Notes: generated from the sequence alone by a model not told the origin. DNA of 64,000 nt from a bacterium (GCA_030539495.1 JAUNRX010000004.1:8746-72745); one strand, 5' to 3'; counted from the first letter of the stretch, positions 52,391 through 62,469 are shown. Numbers and translations are program-made.

Positions 52391-52966
52391 ATGAAAAATA
52401 TGTATATAATAGTAGGTTTAGGTAACCCAACTAGTCAATATGAGGGGACAAGACATAATATCGGATTTGATTGTATTAGTGAAATTTCAAATAAATATAA
52501 TATTCCAATGGATTTTGTGAAACATAAAGCAGTTTGTGGTACAGGCTATATTGAGGGCCAGAAAGTAATAATTGCGAAACCTCAGACATATATGAATTTA
52601 AGTGGAGAGAGTGTTCAGGCACTATTACACTATTATAAAGTTGATCCAGAAGACTTAATTGTGATTTATGATGATATCAGCTTAGACGTAGGACAGCTTC
52701 GAATTCGTAAGAAGGGCAGTGCTGGTGGACATAATGGTATTAAGAGTATCATTCAAATGTTAGGAACAGATGTATTCCCAAGAGTAAAAGTTGGTGTTGG
52801 CAATAAGCCGGCAGGATGGGATCTTGCAGATTATGTATTAGGCAAGTTTTCAAAAGAAGATCAAGAGTTTTTAGTAGAGACGAAAGAAAGAGTTGCAAAA
52901 GCAGTTGAGAAAATCTTAACTGAAGATATTGATGCAGCAATGAATATTTATAATAAGAAGGCATAA
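52391..52966 (+). CDS. pth: Peptidyl-tRNA hydrolase
   Basis: GLGNP, TRHNIGF, KPQTYMNLSG, GSAGGHNG. Confidence 0.97.
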   Translation: MKNMYIIVGLGNPTSQYEGTRHNIGFDCISEISNKYNIPMDFVKHKAVCGTGYIEGQKVIIAKPQTYMNLSGESVQALLHYYKVDPEDLIVIYDDISLDVGQLRIRKKGSAGGHNGIKSIIQMLGTDVFPRVKVGVGNKPAGWDLADYVLGKFSKEDQEFLVETKERVAKAVEKILTEDIDAAMNIYNKKA

Positions 52967-52982
52967 CCGTTTTGGAGGAGCT

Positions 52983-55900
52983 ATGAGAACATTTTTTGAA
53001 CCGCTCAGTAAATTAAATGAATATATAGAAATTCAGAATGATTTAAAAATAGAGCGTGTGCCAGTGCAAGTGACGGGATGTATTGATTCCCAGAAATGTC
53101 ACTTAATCGCTGGGCTTGGGAAAGGATATAGGAATAAGGTCATTGTTACGTATAATGAGCTAAAAGCGAAAGAAATCTATGAGGACATGCTCCTTTATGA
53201 TAAAAACGTATTTTTATACCCGGCCAAGGATATTATTTTTTATAGTGCCGATATTCATGGCCATGCGATTGTAAAGGAACGTCTTCGAATTCTAAAGAGA
53301 TTATTAAATGATGAGCCTACAACGATTGTCATGACTATTGATGGCGGTATGGATCGAATTCTTCCAATTGAATTATTCCGGCCCAAGGTGCTTACCATTA
53401 AGGAAGCAGATGTGATAAATACCAATGACTTAATCAGTGATTTGGTTGAGCTTGGTTATGAAAGAACCGTTCAGGTAGAGGGACCTGGTCAGTTTGCAGT
53501 AAGAGGCGGACTTGTCGATATCTTCCCACTAACAGAAGAGGTACCATATCGTATTGAATTCTGGGATGATGAAGTGGATACCATCCGTTCTTTTGATGTA
53601 GAAAGTCAACGTTCTATTGAAAAGGTACAGGAACTTACCATTTATCCGGCAACAGAATTTATTTTTGGCGAGACTATGCTAGAGATTGGTAAAAAACGTA
53701 TTTCCGATGAGTTCGATGAATACTATAAGAAATTAAAAAAAGAAAAAAAGCTAGATGAAGCAAGACGAATTAAAGAGATTATAGGTGAATTCTTAGAACG
53801 AGTGGGAGAGTATAAGGGATCAGTAGCGATGGACAGCTATGTGTCTTATTTCTTCCATAAAACTGTATCCTTTTTTGACTATTTTTCAAAGGAAGATACG
53901 GTATTTTTCTTAGATGAAGCAAGCAGAATTGATGAAAAGGCAGAAGTCGTTGAGACAGAATTTAGAGAAGGCATGGCAGGACGACTTGAGAATGGATATA
54001 TCTTGCCAACTCAAGCGGATGCTATTTATTCATATAAAGATATATGTCATAAATTAAATACGAAACGCTTAGTACTACTTAGTACGATGGAACACAGAAT
54101 GGCAAACTTCGTGGCAGCTCAGAGTTATGACTTAACGGTAAAGAGTGTGAGTCCTTATAATAAAAACTTTGATGTACTTGTAAAAGACTTGCAGTCATGG
54201 AAGGAAAAGAGATATAAGGTCATCTTGATTTCCAATACAAGAAGCCGTGCAAAACGATTAAGTGAGGATTTACGAGAGTATAATCTAAATGCATTTTATA
54301 GTGAAGACTTTGATCGCCCGGTACAAGCGGGAGAGGTATATGTCAGTTCAGGGCCATTACATCGAGGTTTCGAGTATCCACTGATTAACTTTGTGGTTAT
54401 TTCAGAGACGGATATCTTTGGTGGAAAGAAAAAGAAGAAGCTTAAGAAAAAGTCTTATGAAGGCAGTAAGGTTCATAGTTTTACTGATCTTAATATTGGA
54501 GATTATGTAGTACATGAAAATCATGGACTTGGTATCTACCGAGGAATTGAAAAAATCGAAGTAGATGGCATTACGAAGGATTATCTTAAGATCGAATATG
54601 CAGGAAGCGGCGTACTCTATATTCTTGCAACCGGACTTGAAGTATTGCAAAAATATGCAGGAGCAGATGCAAAAAAACCAAAACTGAATAAGTTGAATTC
54701 CCTTGAATGGAAGAAGACAAAGACAAAAGTAAAGGGTGCAGTACAAGAAGTAGCAAAAGAGCTTGTTCAATTGTATGCAATCCGTCAGCAAAAAGAGGGA
54801 TATCAGTTTACAGAGGATACCGTTTGGCAGCGAGAGTTTGAAGAGCAGTTCCCATATGAAGAGACTTCTGACCAGCTTCGTGCCATTGAAGATACAAAGC
54901 GAGATATGGAAAGTATGAAGATTATGGATCGTCTTGTCTGCGGAGACGTAGGATATGGAAAGACGGAAATTGCGATTCGTGCTGCATTTAAGGCAGTCAT
55001 GGATGGAAAGCAGGTAGTATTCCTAGTACCAACAACGATTCTTGCACAGCAGCATTATAACAATTTTGTACAAAGAATGATGGAATTCCCTGTAACTGTG
55101 GAAATGATGTCTAGATTTAGAACGCCAAAGCAACAGAAACAGACAATTGAACGTCTAAAAGAAGGATCTTTAGATATTGTAATTGGAACACATCGAGTAT
55201 TATCAAAAGATATGGAATTTAAAAACTTAGGATTACTCATTGTCGATGAAGAGCAGAGATTTGGTGTAAAACACAAGGAACAGATTAAGCAGTTAAAAGG
55301 TGACGTGGATGTCTTAACCTTATCAGCAACACCAATTCCAAGAACTCTTCATATGAGTTTAATTGGTATTCGTGATATGAGTGTATTAGAAGAGCCACCA
55401 GTGGACCGTATGCCAATTCAAACCTATGTGTTAGAGCATAATGACGAGATTATTAGAGAAGCAATTAATCGTGAATTGGCTCGAAATGGCCAAGTGTATT
55501 ATGTGTACAATAAGGTTAGCGATATTGACGAAGTGGCAATGCGCATACAAGCAATTGTACCAGAGGCCAATGTAAGCTTTGCCCATGGACAGATGAGCGA
55601 ACGTGAGTTAGAGCAGATTATGTTTGGATTTATTAACGGAGAGATCGATGTCTTAGTATCTACTACGATTATTGAAACAGGCCTTGATATCTCGAATGCC
55701 AATACATTAATTATTGATGATGCCGATCGTCTTGGTTTATCTCAGCTTTATCAGTTAAGAGGTCGTGTAGGTCGAAGCAATCGAACAAGTTTTGCATTCT
55801 TAATGTATCGCAGGGATAAAGTACTTCGAGAAGTGGCAGAAAAGAGACTACAGGCAATTAAAGAATTTACCGAATTAGGATCCGGATTTAAGATTGCCAT

Positions 55901-56534
55901 GCGTGACCTTGAAATCCGCGGTGCCGGAAATCTATTAGGGCAACGTCAGCATGGACATATGGAAGCAGTAGGGTATGATTTGTACTGTAAGATGTTAAAT
56001 GAAGCGGTAAAAGATCTCAAGGGAGAGACTACTGAAGAAGATATGTTTGATACGACCATCGATATGGATCTGGATGCGTATGTTCCAGCAACGTATATTA
56101 AGAGTGAGTTCCAGAAGCTTGATGTATATAAGCGTGTTGCTGAGATTTCCAGTGAAGATGAGTTCCTAGATATGCAGGAAGAATTGTTAGATCGCTTTGG
56201 TGAAATGCCAAGTGCAGTAAATAACTTATTGAATATTGCATATTTAAAATCGGTTGCACATGAAGCCTATGTAACCAAGCTTGATCATAAGGGAAAGAAG
56301 GTCAGAATGACCATGTATGCACAGGCGCCATTGGATGTAACGAAGATCCCAGGCTTATTAGAAAGCTATAAAGGGGCATTGACAATGGAAAAAGGAACAG
56401 TGCCAACCTTTGTTTATCATCTTGATAAACGGGAAAATGCAAAACAGAAATTAGATCCAATTACGTTATTTGAATTGGTGAAACAGGTACTGTTAACAAT
56501 AAAAAGTATGAAGCTTGAACCGTCAGAGAAATAA
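52983..56534 (+). CDS. mfd: Transcription-repair coupling factor
   Basis: UvrB-like N-terminus, CarD-like RID, GDVGYGKT, DEEQRFG, QLRGRVGR, RDLEIRGAG, TRCF C-terminus. Confidence 0.97.
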   Translation: MRTFFEPLSKLNEYIEIQNDLKIERVPVQVTGCIDSQKCHLIAGLGKGYRNKVIVTYNELKAKEIYEDMLLYDKNVFLYPAKDIIFYSADIHGHAIVKERLRILKRLLNDEPTTIVMTIDGGMDRILPIELFRPKVLTIKEADVINTNDLISDLVELGYERTVQVEGPGQFAVRGGLVDIFPLTEEVPYRIEFWDDEVDTIRSFDVESQRSIEKVQELTIYPATEFIFGETMLEIGKKRISDEFDEYYKKLKKEKKLDEARRIKEIIGEFLERVGEYKGSVAMDSYVSYFFHKTVSFFDYFSKEDTVFFLDEASRIDEKAEVVETEFREGMAGRLENGYILPTQADAIYSYKDICHKLNTKRLVLLSTMEHRMANFVAAQSYDLTVKSVSPYNKNFDVLVKDLQSWKEKRYKVILISNTRSRAKRLSEDLREYNLNAFYSEDFDRPVQAGEVYVSSGPLHRGFEYPLINFVVISETDIFGGKKKKKLKKKSYEGSKVHSFTDLNIGDYVVHENHGLGIYRGIEKIEVDGITKDYLKIEYAGSGVLYILATGLEVLQKYAGADAKKPKLNKLNSLEWKKTKTKVKGAVQEVAKELVQLYAIRQQKEGYQFTEDTVWQREFEEQFPYEETSDQLRAIEDTKRDMESMKIMDRLVCGDVGYGKTEIAIRAAFKAVMDGKQVVFLVPTTILAQQHYNNFVQRMMEFPVTVEMMSRFRTPKQQKQTIERLKEGSLDIVIGTHRVLSKDMEFKNLGLLIVDEEQRFGVKHKEQIKQLKGDVDVLTLSATPIPRTLHMSLIGIRDMSVLEEPPVDRMPIQTYVLEHNDEIIREAINRELARNGQVYYVYNKVSDIDEVAMRIQAIVPEANVSFAHGQMSERELEQIMFGFINGEIDVLVSTTIIETGLDISNANTLIIDDADRLGLSQLYQLRGRVGRSNRTSFAFLMYRRDKVLREVAEKRLQAIKEFTELGSGFKIAMRDLEIRGAGNLLGQRQHGHMEAVGYDLYCKMLNEAVKDLKGETTEEDMFDTTIDMDLDAYVPATYIKSEFQKLDVYKRVAEISSEDEFLDMQEELLDRFGEMPSAVNNLLNIAYLKSVAHEAYVTKLDHKGKKVRMTMYAQAPLDVTKIPGLLESYKGALTMEKGTVPTFVYHLDKRENAKQKLDPITLFELVKQVLLTIKSMKLEPSEK

Positions 56535-56603
56535 GCTTGCGTATGTTACAGTTATCTATTATACTCAGAGTTAGAAATGAGAACGAGTATTTATGGAGGA
56601 AAG

Positions 56604-57689
56604 ATGAGACGTTTAAAGAAGAGTTTACGTTATCTTAGCGTAGGGGCTGTCGTGCTTTGTACAACCATAATGATGGCTGGATGCAGCAGTAAAAATAAAG
56701 AGAAAGATTCAGAAACAACCAGTACGCCTGTGGAAACAGGAAGTCCGGATGCAGGTGCATCTTCAGATCCAACGGAGCAGTCAGTAGAGACGGAAGATTT
56801 AAAGTTTGACAGCAGCGTATTACGAGTTGGAAATGAAGATGTTACGTACCGTGAAGCATTAATATATATTTTACAGATTAAGAATAAATATGAACCTAGT
56901 TTAGGAGAAGATATCTGGAGTTATCGCTTATCAGATACAGAGACATTTGCAGATAAGTCAAAACAAGAGATTATCGATCAGATTACAGAAATCAAGGTAA
57001 TTAAGCAGCAGGCAGAAAAGCTTGGCATCAGCCTTGAGTCGGACGAGACTGGCGAAGTAGCAGCCTCTACGACAGATTATTTGTCAAAGATTACAAAAGA
57101 AGATCAAGCACGTTATGGAATTACGGAAGAGATTGTGCAAAAGGTATTAGAAGAAAATTATCTGGCTCAGAAGGTATATAATATTGCTACCAATGAAGTA
57201 GATACCAATATCAGTGATGATGCGGCAAAACAGATCAAAGTTCAGATGATTCAGGTCATGACCGAAGGGGAAGACAAGAATGGTAATACAATCAATATGA
57301 ATGAAAATCAGAAAAAAGATGCAAAAAGCCGTGCAGACAAGCTGAAAAAGCAAGCAGATAAAGAGAAAGACTTCTTAAGCTTTGCAAATTCCAATACAGA
57401 TACAAGTGTTGTAGAGCTTACATTTGGAAAAGGGGATTATAAAGAGTTTGAACAGCAAGCCTTTTCCTTAAAGCAAGGACAGATTAGCAATGTAATTGAA
57501 ACGTCCACAGGTTATGTGATTCTTAAATTAGTAAGTGCATTTGATGAAGATGCAACGAAAGTGAAAAAAGAAGAAATTATCGAAGAAGAACGAGATAAGG
57601 TCTTTAAAGAAAAGTATAAGATTTGGTCTGGTGATTATAAGGCTACTCAAGATACGTCAAAATGGGATGTAATATCCTTTAATATTTAA
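56604..57689 (+). CDS. PrsA/SurA-like peptidyl-prolyl isomerase lipoprotein
   Basis: Lipobox MAGC; parvulin-like AFSLKQGQISNVIETSTGYVILK; position after mfd. Confidence 0.75.
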   Translation: MRRLKKSLRYLSVGAVVLCTTIMMAGCSSKNKEKDSETTSTPVETGSPDAGASSDPTEQSVETEDLKFDSSVLRVGNEDVTYREALIYILQIKNKYEPSLGEDIWSYRLSDTETFADKSKQEIIDQITEIKVIKQQAEKLGISLESDETGEVAASTTDYLSKITKEDQARYGITEEIVQKVLEENYLAQKVYNIATNEVDTNISDDAAKQIKVQMIQVMTEGEDKNGNTINMNENQKKDAKSRADKLKKQADKEKDFLSFANSNTDTSVVELTFGKGDYKEFEQQAFSLKQGQISNVIETSTGYVILKLVSAFDEDATKVKKEEIIEEERDKVFKEKYKIWSGDYKATQDTSKWDVISFNI

Positions 57690-57752
57690 GAAAAAACTCT
57701 CTTAAGTTACACAATGTAGCGGAAGAGAGTTTTTTCAAATCGTGGAGAAAAT

Positions 57753-58526
57753 ATGAAAACAGGAAAAAGTAGAAATAAAACATATAATGTTAAGATGTCT
57801 GTGATGTATGATGGAAGCCGTTTTCAAGGATGGCAGCGTCTTGGAAATGGGAAAGAGAATGAGACGATCCAAGGAATACTAGAGCGATGTATTTCAGATA
57901 TTTTAGAAGAGGAGGTTATGGTGATTGGTTCCGGAAGGACAGATGCAGGAGTGCATGCCTATGGGCAAGTTGCAAACGTTCATATTACAAAGGAATTAGA
58001 CCTAAATGAATTTCAAAATCAGATTAATCAGAGTCTTCCAAAGGAGATTCAGGTATACGGATTAGAATATGTAGCCAACCAATTCCACAGCCGATATGAT
58101 GCAACATCAAAATATTATGAATATCATATTGGAATTGGAGAGGTGGAAAGTCCGTTTTATAGAAAACAAAGACTTTATGTAAGGGAAGAACTGAATCTAG
58201 ACTTAATGAGAAAAGCTGCTGAATATCTTTGCGGAACTCATGATTTTACTGGTTTCTCCTCCACAATGAAGGACGGAAGAAACACAGTTAAGACTATTTA
58301 TGAGATTGAGATTATGAAAGAGAAAGATCAAATTATAATTTCTTATCATGGAGATGGCTTCTTATATAATATGGTTCGAATTCTTACAGGAACTTTATTA
58401 GAAATTGGACAAGGAGACAGAACTCCAGAGAGTATTTTAACTATTTTTGAGAAAGGTGACCGTCAATATGCGGGGAAAACAGTCGAAGGAAAAGGATTAT
58501 TTTTGAAAAAAGTTGTCTATATATAG
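57753..58526 (+). CDS. truA: tRNA pseudouridine(38-40) synthase
   Basis: YDGSRFQGWQ, SGRTDAGVHA, GTHDF, FLYNMVR. Confidence 0.92.
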   Translation: MKTGKSRNKTYNVKMSVMYDGSRFQGWQRLGNGKENETIQGILERCISDILEEEVMVIGSGRTDAGVHAYGQVANVHITKELDLNEFQNQINQSLPKEIQVYGLEYVANQFHSRYDATSKYYEYHIGIGEVESPFYRKQRLYVREELNLDLMRKAAEYLCGTHDFTGFSSTMKDGRNTVKTIYEIEIMKEKDQIIISYHGDGFLYNMVRILTGTLLEIGQGDRTPESILTIFEKGDRQYAGKTVEGKGLFLKKVVYI

Positions 58527-58600
58527 CAAAAAAATTGATTTATTTGCTAAAAATATCAAAATTTAGATTGAAAGTTTATTGGAATATGATATAATTGGTA

Positions 58601-58637
58601 GGTAACTGAGAAAATTATTACTCAGTTGCCTTTTTTT
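58601..58637 (+). terminator. Intrinsic terminator upstream of spoVT
   Basis: GGTAACTGAG / CTCAGTTGCC plus T7. Confidence 0.75.
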
Positions 58638-58824
58638 ACATATTTATTTAATTACCTCCGTGCAAATTTGATTTTTTATAAGCATTTTGCGTGTACATAC
58701 AGCCGTTATTTTATGAGTGGCGATATTATGAAAAACATAATATTAATGTATAAATTTCTCAATTTTACTAACACTATAACTATAACGCACTGTATATTGA
58801 TAAACGTTAAATGGAGGAAACATT

Positions 58825-59370
58825 ATGAAAGCAACTGGTATCGTAAGAAGAATAGATGATTTGGGCCGTGTTGTAATCCCAAAAGAAATTAGAAGAACTT
58901 TAAGAATTCGTGAAGGAGATCCTTTAGAAATCTTTACAGATCGTGAAGGTGAAATCATTCTTAAAAAATATTCTCCAATCGGAGAATTAAGTCAGTTTGC
59001 AAAACAATACGCAGATTCCTTAGCACAAACTACAGGTCATATTGTTTGTATCGCGGATAGAGACACTTTAATTGCAGCAGCTGGTGCTACAAAAAAAGAC
59101 TTAGTTTCTAAATCTATCAGTAAAGAATTAGAAGAAGCAATTAATCAACGTGAAAATATTATGCGTTCTTCTGATGATAAAAACTACAAGAAGATTACGA
59201 ATGAAGAAGAAGAATATAAATTTGAAGTAATTAGCCCAATCATCAGCGAAGGCGATGCAATTGGTGCAGTTATTATCTTAACAAAAGATCCTAAAGTTAA
59301 ATTAGGAGAAGTTGAAGCAAAATTAGCTCATGCAGCAGCTGGTTTCTTAGGACGTCAATTAGAACAATAA
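58825..59370 (+). CDS. spoVT: Stage V sporulation protein T (AbrB-family regulator)
   Basis: MKATGIVRRIDDLGRVVIPKEIRRTLRIREGDPLEIF and GAF-like C-terminus. Confidence 0.97.
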   Translation: MKATGIVRRIDDLGRVVIPKEIRRTLRIREGDPLEIFTDREGEIILKKYSPIGELSQFAKQYADSLAQTTGHIVCIADRDTLIAAAGATKKDLVSKSISKELEEAINQRENIMRSSDDKNYKKITNEEEEYKFEVISPIISEGDAIGAVIILTKDPKVKLGEVEAKLAHAAAGFLGRQLEQ

Positions 59371-59509
59371 TATAAATGAGAAAAACTCCGTAATACAGTG
59401 TATATCGGGGTTTTCTTATTACTATCCATAAAACTTTAGAACTAGAAGGTTGTTCTTACGAAGCTTATACGGGGAGAAAGAGTACATAAAAAAAGAAGGA
59501 GACGAGAGC

Positions 59510-60301
59510 GTGGAAAATGAAAAGCAATATTCTTATGAAGAATTTACGGAGATTATACGCAGGCTACGTGCTAAAGATGGCTGTCCTTGGGATCGGGAGC
59601 AGACCCATTCTTCTCTTAAAAACTGTATGATTGAGGAAGCCTATGAAGTGGTGGAAGGAATTAATGAATATGAGAAGACGAAAGATAGCGAAAATCTTTG
59701 TGAGGAGTTAGGAGATGTACTTCTTCAGGTAGTCATGCATGCGATTATTGCTGAAGAAGAGGGGATTTTCACAATGGAGGACGTAATATCAGGAATCAGT
59801 AAAAAGATGATTCGCAGACATCCTCATGTGTTCGGAACGGAAAAAATCGAAAATACAGAAGACTTACTTCAGAATTGGGAAGACATAAAGAAGCAAGAAA
59901 AACAAGAAGAAACCATTTCAGATGGCATGAAACGTGTCGCTAGAGCTCTTCCTGCAACGATACGAGCAGAAAAAATTCAGAAAAAAGCAGCTCGTGTTGG
60001 ATTAGAGCAACCAACATATGAATTAGCAGAAAAAGAGGTTTTAGACAAGATTAAAGACCTTGAAAAAGCTAGAAAAAACAAGGACTTTACTAGGATTATG
60101 GATGAATATGGAGAATTACTATTTGACGTGGTAAAATTATCAAGGTTTTTACAACTAAATGTGGAAAATTCCTTGACAAATGCTACGGATAAGTTTATAA
60201 ATAGATTTGTAAGTGTTGAGAAACTCGCTATTTTACAAGGAAAGAGGCTCGACGAGATGTCCATAGGAGAGCTCGAAGCTCTATGGGGACGGATAAAGTA
60301 A
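59510..60301 (+). CDS. mazG: MazG nucleoside triphosphate pyrophosphohydrolase
   Basis: GCPWDREQT, EEAYEV, EELGDVLLQV, KMIRRHPHVF; GTG start; lacks the YabN methylase domain. Confidence 0.93.
   Translation: MENEKQYSYEEFTEIIRRLRAKDGCPWDREQTHSSLKNCMIEEAYEVVEGINEYEKTKDSENLCEELGDVLLQVVMHAIIAEEEGIFTMEDVISGISKKMIRRHPHVFGTEKIENTEDLLQNWEDIKKQEKQEETISDGMKRVARALPATIRAEKIQKKAARVGLEQPTYELAEKEVLDKIKDLEKARKNKDFTRIMDEYGELLFDVVKLSRFLQLNVENSLTNATDKFINRFVSVEKLAILQGKRLDEMSIGELEALWGRIK
60173..60201 (+). promoter_or_regulatory. Internal sigma-A promoter in mazG, probably for hup
   Basis: TTGACA-N17-TATAAA. Confidence 0.6.
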
Positions 60302-60352
60302 TCAATAAATAGATTATACTATAATACTATCTTTTAGAGGAGGAGTAATTCC

Positions 60353-60628
60353 ATGAACAAAACTGAGTTAGTTGCTGCAATTGCAGAAAGAACTGAATTA
60401 TCTAAAAAAGATTCCGAAAAAGTATTAAAAGCTTTTGTCGATGTTGTAACTGAAGAGTTAACTAAAGGTGAAAAAATCCAATTAGTTGGTTTCGGTACTT
60501 TCGAAGTATCTGAAAGAGCAGCTAGAGAAGGTAGAAATCCACAAACTGGAAAAACTATGACTATCGCTGCATCTAAAGCTCCTAAGTTCAAAGCTGGTAA
60601 AGCTTTAAAAGATGCTGTTAACGCATAA
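60353..60628 (+). CDS. hup: DNA-binding protein HU
   Basis: [35 protein letters not shown]. Confidence 0.98.
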   Translation: MNKTELVAAIAERTELSKKDSEKVLKAFVDVVTEELTKGEKIQLVGFGTFEVSERAAREGRNPQTGKTMTIAASKAPKFKAGKALKDAVNA

Positions 60629-60643
60629 TAATTAGGTGAATTT

Positions 60644-60681
60644 AGAGGATGTCCCCCATAAAGGAGACGTCCTCTTTTTTT
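60644..60681 (+). terminator. Intrinsic terminator after hup
   Basis: AGAGGATGTC / GACGTCCTCT plus T-tract. Confidence 0.75.
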
Positions 60682-60768
60682 TATTAATAGGAAAATTCTC
60701 TCGAAATCCCCTATTAATTAAAAAAGATCTAAAAAGAAGGGTGTAGAATGCACACTCAGCTGAAAGGA
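60675..60768 (+). repeat. Dispersed repeat family 1, copy B
   Basis: TAATAGGAAAATT-CTCTCG-AAATCCCCTATTAATTAAAAAA...AAGGG..TAGAATGCACACTCAGCTGAAAGGA. Confidence 0.85.
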
Positions 60769-60923
60769 AGCTACATACCTGCCGCCTACAGTTTACCTTA
60801 TAACTGCAATTAGAAAGGGCCATACTATTTATGGAGGCAGTAGATCTCAGGGTTTTGTATTGTGGAAAGATATAGTATAATCATTGTATAAATCAGAAGA
60901 ATATATAGAAATGGAGAGTTCGA

Positions 60924-61163
60924 ATGAGATTAGATAAATTCTTAAAGGTTTCACGTTTAATCAAAAGACGTACCGTTGCAAATGAAGCTTGTGATGCAGG
61001 AAGAGTCCTTGTAAATGATAAGGTTGCAAAAGCTTCTGTAAACGTAAAGACAGGCGATATTATCGAAGTACAATTTGGTAATAAGTCAGTTAAAGTCGAA
61101 GTCCTCGATGTTGCAGAAACAGTTCGTAAAGAAGAGGCAAAGGACTTATATAAATACTTATAG
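60924..61163 (+). CDS. yabO: S4-domain RNA-binding protein (YabO/RqcP)
   Basis: MRLDKFLKVSRLIKRRTVANEACDAGRV. Confidence 0.95.
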   Translation: MRLDKFLKVSRLIKRRTVANEACDAGRVLVNDKVAKASVNVKTGDIIEVQFGNKSVKVEVLDVAETVRKEEAKDLYKYL

Positions 61164-61184
61164 TCAATTTGGAATGATTTGAAC

Positions 61185-61231
61185 AGCCTCCTAATATACT
61201 TTACAAATAAAGTAATTAGGAGGCTTTTTTT
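61185..61231 (+). terminator. Terminator hairpin whose 3' arm contains the yabP Shine-Dalgarno sequence
   Basis: AGCCTCCTAAT-A-TACTTTA-CAAA-TAAAGTA-ATTAGGAGGCT-TTTTTT-A-ATG. Confidence 0.75.
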
Positions 61232-61232
61232 A

Positions 61233-61523
61233 ATGGAAGAAAAGCAAGATTTAACGCAAAAGAGCCATAAACTATCTATGAATAACAGGAGAACTGCTCT
61301 CTTAACCGGAATAAATGATGTTCTTTCGTTTGATCCTAATGAAGTTTTGCTTGATACTGTCCAAGGGACGTTAATGATCCGCGGTGAAGATCTTCATGTA
61401 AGCCGACTTTCAATAGAAAAAGGCGAAGTGGACATAGATGGGAAGATTAATAGCTTCTCATATACGGAGAGTAATGGATTTGTAAAGAATGGAGAGACGT
61501 TATTTAGTAGGCTATTTAAATAG
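61233..61523 (+). CDS. yabP: Sporulation protein YabP
   Basis: HKLSMNNRRTALLTGINDVLSFD...GEDLHVSRLSIEKGEVDIDGKI. Confidence 0.93.
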   Translation: MEEKQDLTQKSHKLSMNNRRTALLTGINDVLSFDPNEVLLDTVQGTLMIRGEDLHVSRLSIEKGEVDIDGKINSFSYTESNGFVKNGETLFSRLFK

Positions 61524-61535
61524 ATTAGAGTAAGG

Positions 61536-62048
61536 ATGAGGGTTATGAGTGATGCAATCGGCATGGAAGTCAGATTTTTCTTAGCATCCATCTTATGCGG
61601 TATTATTCTTCTAATCATTTATGATGTGTTAAGGATATTTCGAAGGGTAATAAAGCATCCATGGTTCTTTGTTGCCCTGGAAGATTTAATATTTTGGCTA
61701 TTATCGGGAATTGTTATATTTCGCATGATGTATGAGATGAATAATGGTACAATCCGTGGATTCTCGGTATTAGGAATGTTTTTAGGCATGATTGTATATA
61801 ACAAATCCTTAAGTCCATTTTTCGTAAAAGGTATATCTAGTATGTTTATCTTGATCAATAAGGGAATTTTAAAAGTTATATTCATTCTCTCTAAGCCTTT
61901 GCGAGTAATCAGCCGATATGTTAAGAAGATGTTTGCTTTTTCAGGAAAAGGTATTACAAAAATAGGAAAACTATTGGGACGAATATTGAAAAAGTTTCAT
62001 AAGAAGAGTACAATAGAAAATACTGATAACGAAAATATACAGGAATAG
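61536..62048 (+). CDS. yabQ: Spore cortex biosynthesis protein YabQ
   Basis: IYDVLRIFRR, EDLIFW, NNGTIRGF. Confidence 0.9.
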   Translation: MRVMSDAIGMEVRFFLASILCGIILLIIYDVLRIFRRVIKHPWFFVALEDLIFWLLSGIVIFRMMYEMNNGTIRGFSVLGMFLGMIVYNKSLSPFFVKGISSMFILINKGILKVIFILSKPLRVISRYVKKMFAFSGKGITKIGKLLGRILKKFHKKSTIENTDNENIQE

Positions 62049-62059
62049 AGGTGCTAATT

Positions 62060-62347
62060 ATGAGAAGAATATACATAAAGAGAAATCATCGCGGATTGTT
62101 TGGCGTTGGTATTTTAGTATTTGTGATTTGCAGCGTCTTTTATTATAATACAGAAGTACTAGAAGCTAAGATCCAGAGCAGACAAGAAGATGTGGCCTCT
62201 TTAGAAAGTAATAGGGATAGTTTGCTTGAAAAGCAAGCGAGTTTAAAGGAAGCTTTGACGTTAACAGATGAGGATATTGAGAAAATTGCCCACGAAAAAT
62301 TGAATTTAGTATATCCAGATGAAAAAATTATGAAATCTGATAAATAA
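62060..62347 (+). CDS. divIC: Septum formation initiator (DivIC/FtsB-like)
   Basis: TM then coiled coil, IEKIAHEKLNLVYPDE; position after yabQ. Confidence 0.8.
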   Translation: MRRIYIKRNHRGLFGVGILVFVICSVFYYNTEVLEAKIQSRQEDVASLESNRDSLLEKQASLKEALTLTDEDIEKIAHEKLNLVYPDEKIMKSDK

Positions 62348-62352
62348 AATTG

Positions 62353-62381
62353 TTGACAAGCTGACTTTTGTCGGATATAAT
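62353..62381 (+). promoter_or_regulatory. Consensus sigma-A promoter of tRNA gene
   Basis: TTGACA-N17-TATAAT. Confidence 0.9.
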
Positions 62382-62395
62382 TGATTTTGTTGTCT

Positions 62396-62469
62396 GGCGG
62401 AGTAGCTCAGTTGGCTAGAGCACACGGTTCATACCCGTGGTGTCATGGGTTCAAATCCCTTCTCCGCTA
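62396..62469 (+). tRNA. tRNA-Met (CAT), elongator type; CCA not encoded
   Basis: Cloverleaf: acceptor GGCGGAG/CTCCGCT, D-arm GCTC/GAGC, anticodon stem CACGG/CCGTG with TTCATAC loop, T-loop TTCAAAT; same position before spoIIE as B. subtilis tRNA-Met. Confidence 0.95.

Noticed and set aside
58568-58637. sigma-A-like promoter (TTGAAA-N16-TATAAT) directly before a terminator, as a tiny RNA
   Set aside because: The predicted start falls inside the hairpin, giving only about 35 nt. The hairpin is adequately explained as the truA terminator.
62396-62469. tRNA(CAT) as initiator Met or Ile2
   Set aside because: It lacks the C1:A72 mismatch and the three G-C anticodon-stem pairs of initiator tRNA. 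Sequence and position match the elongator tRNA-Met found before spoIIE in B. subtilis.
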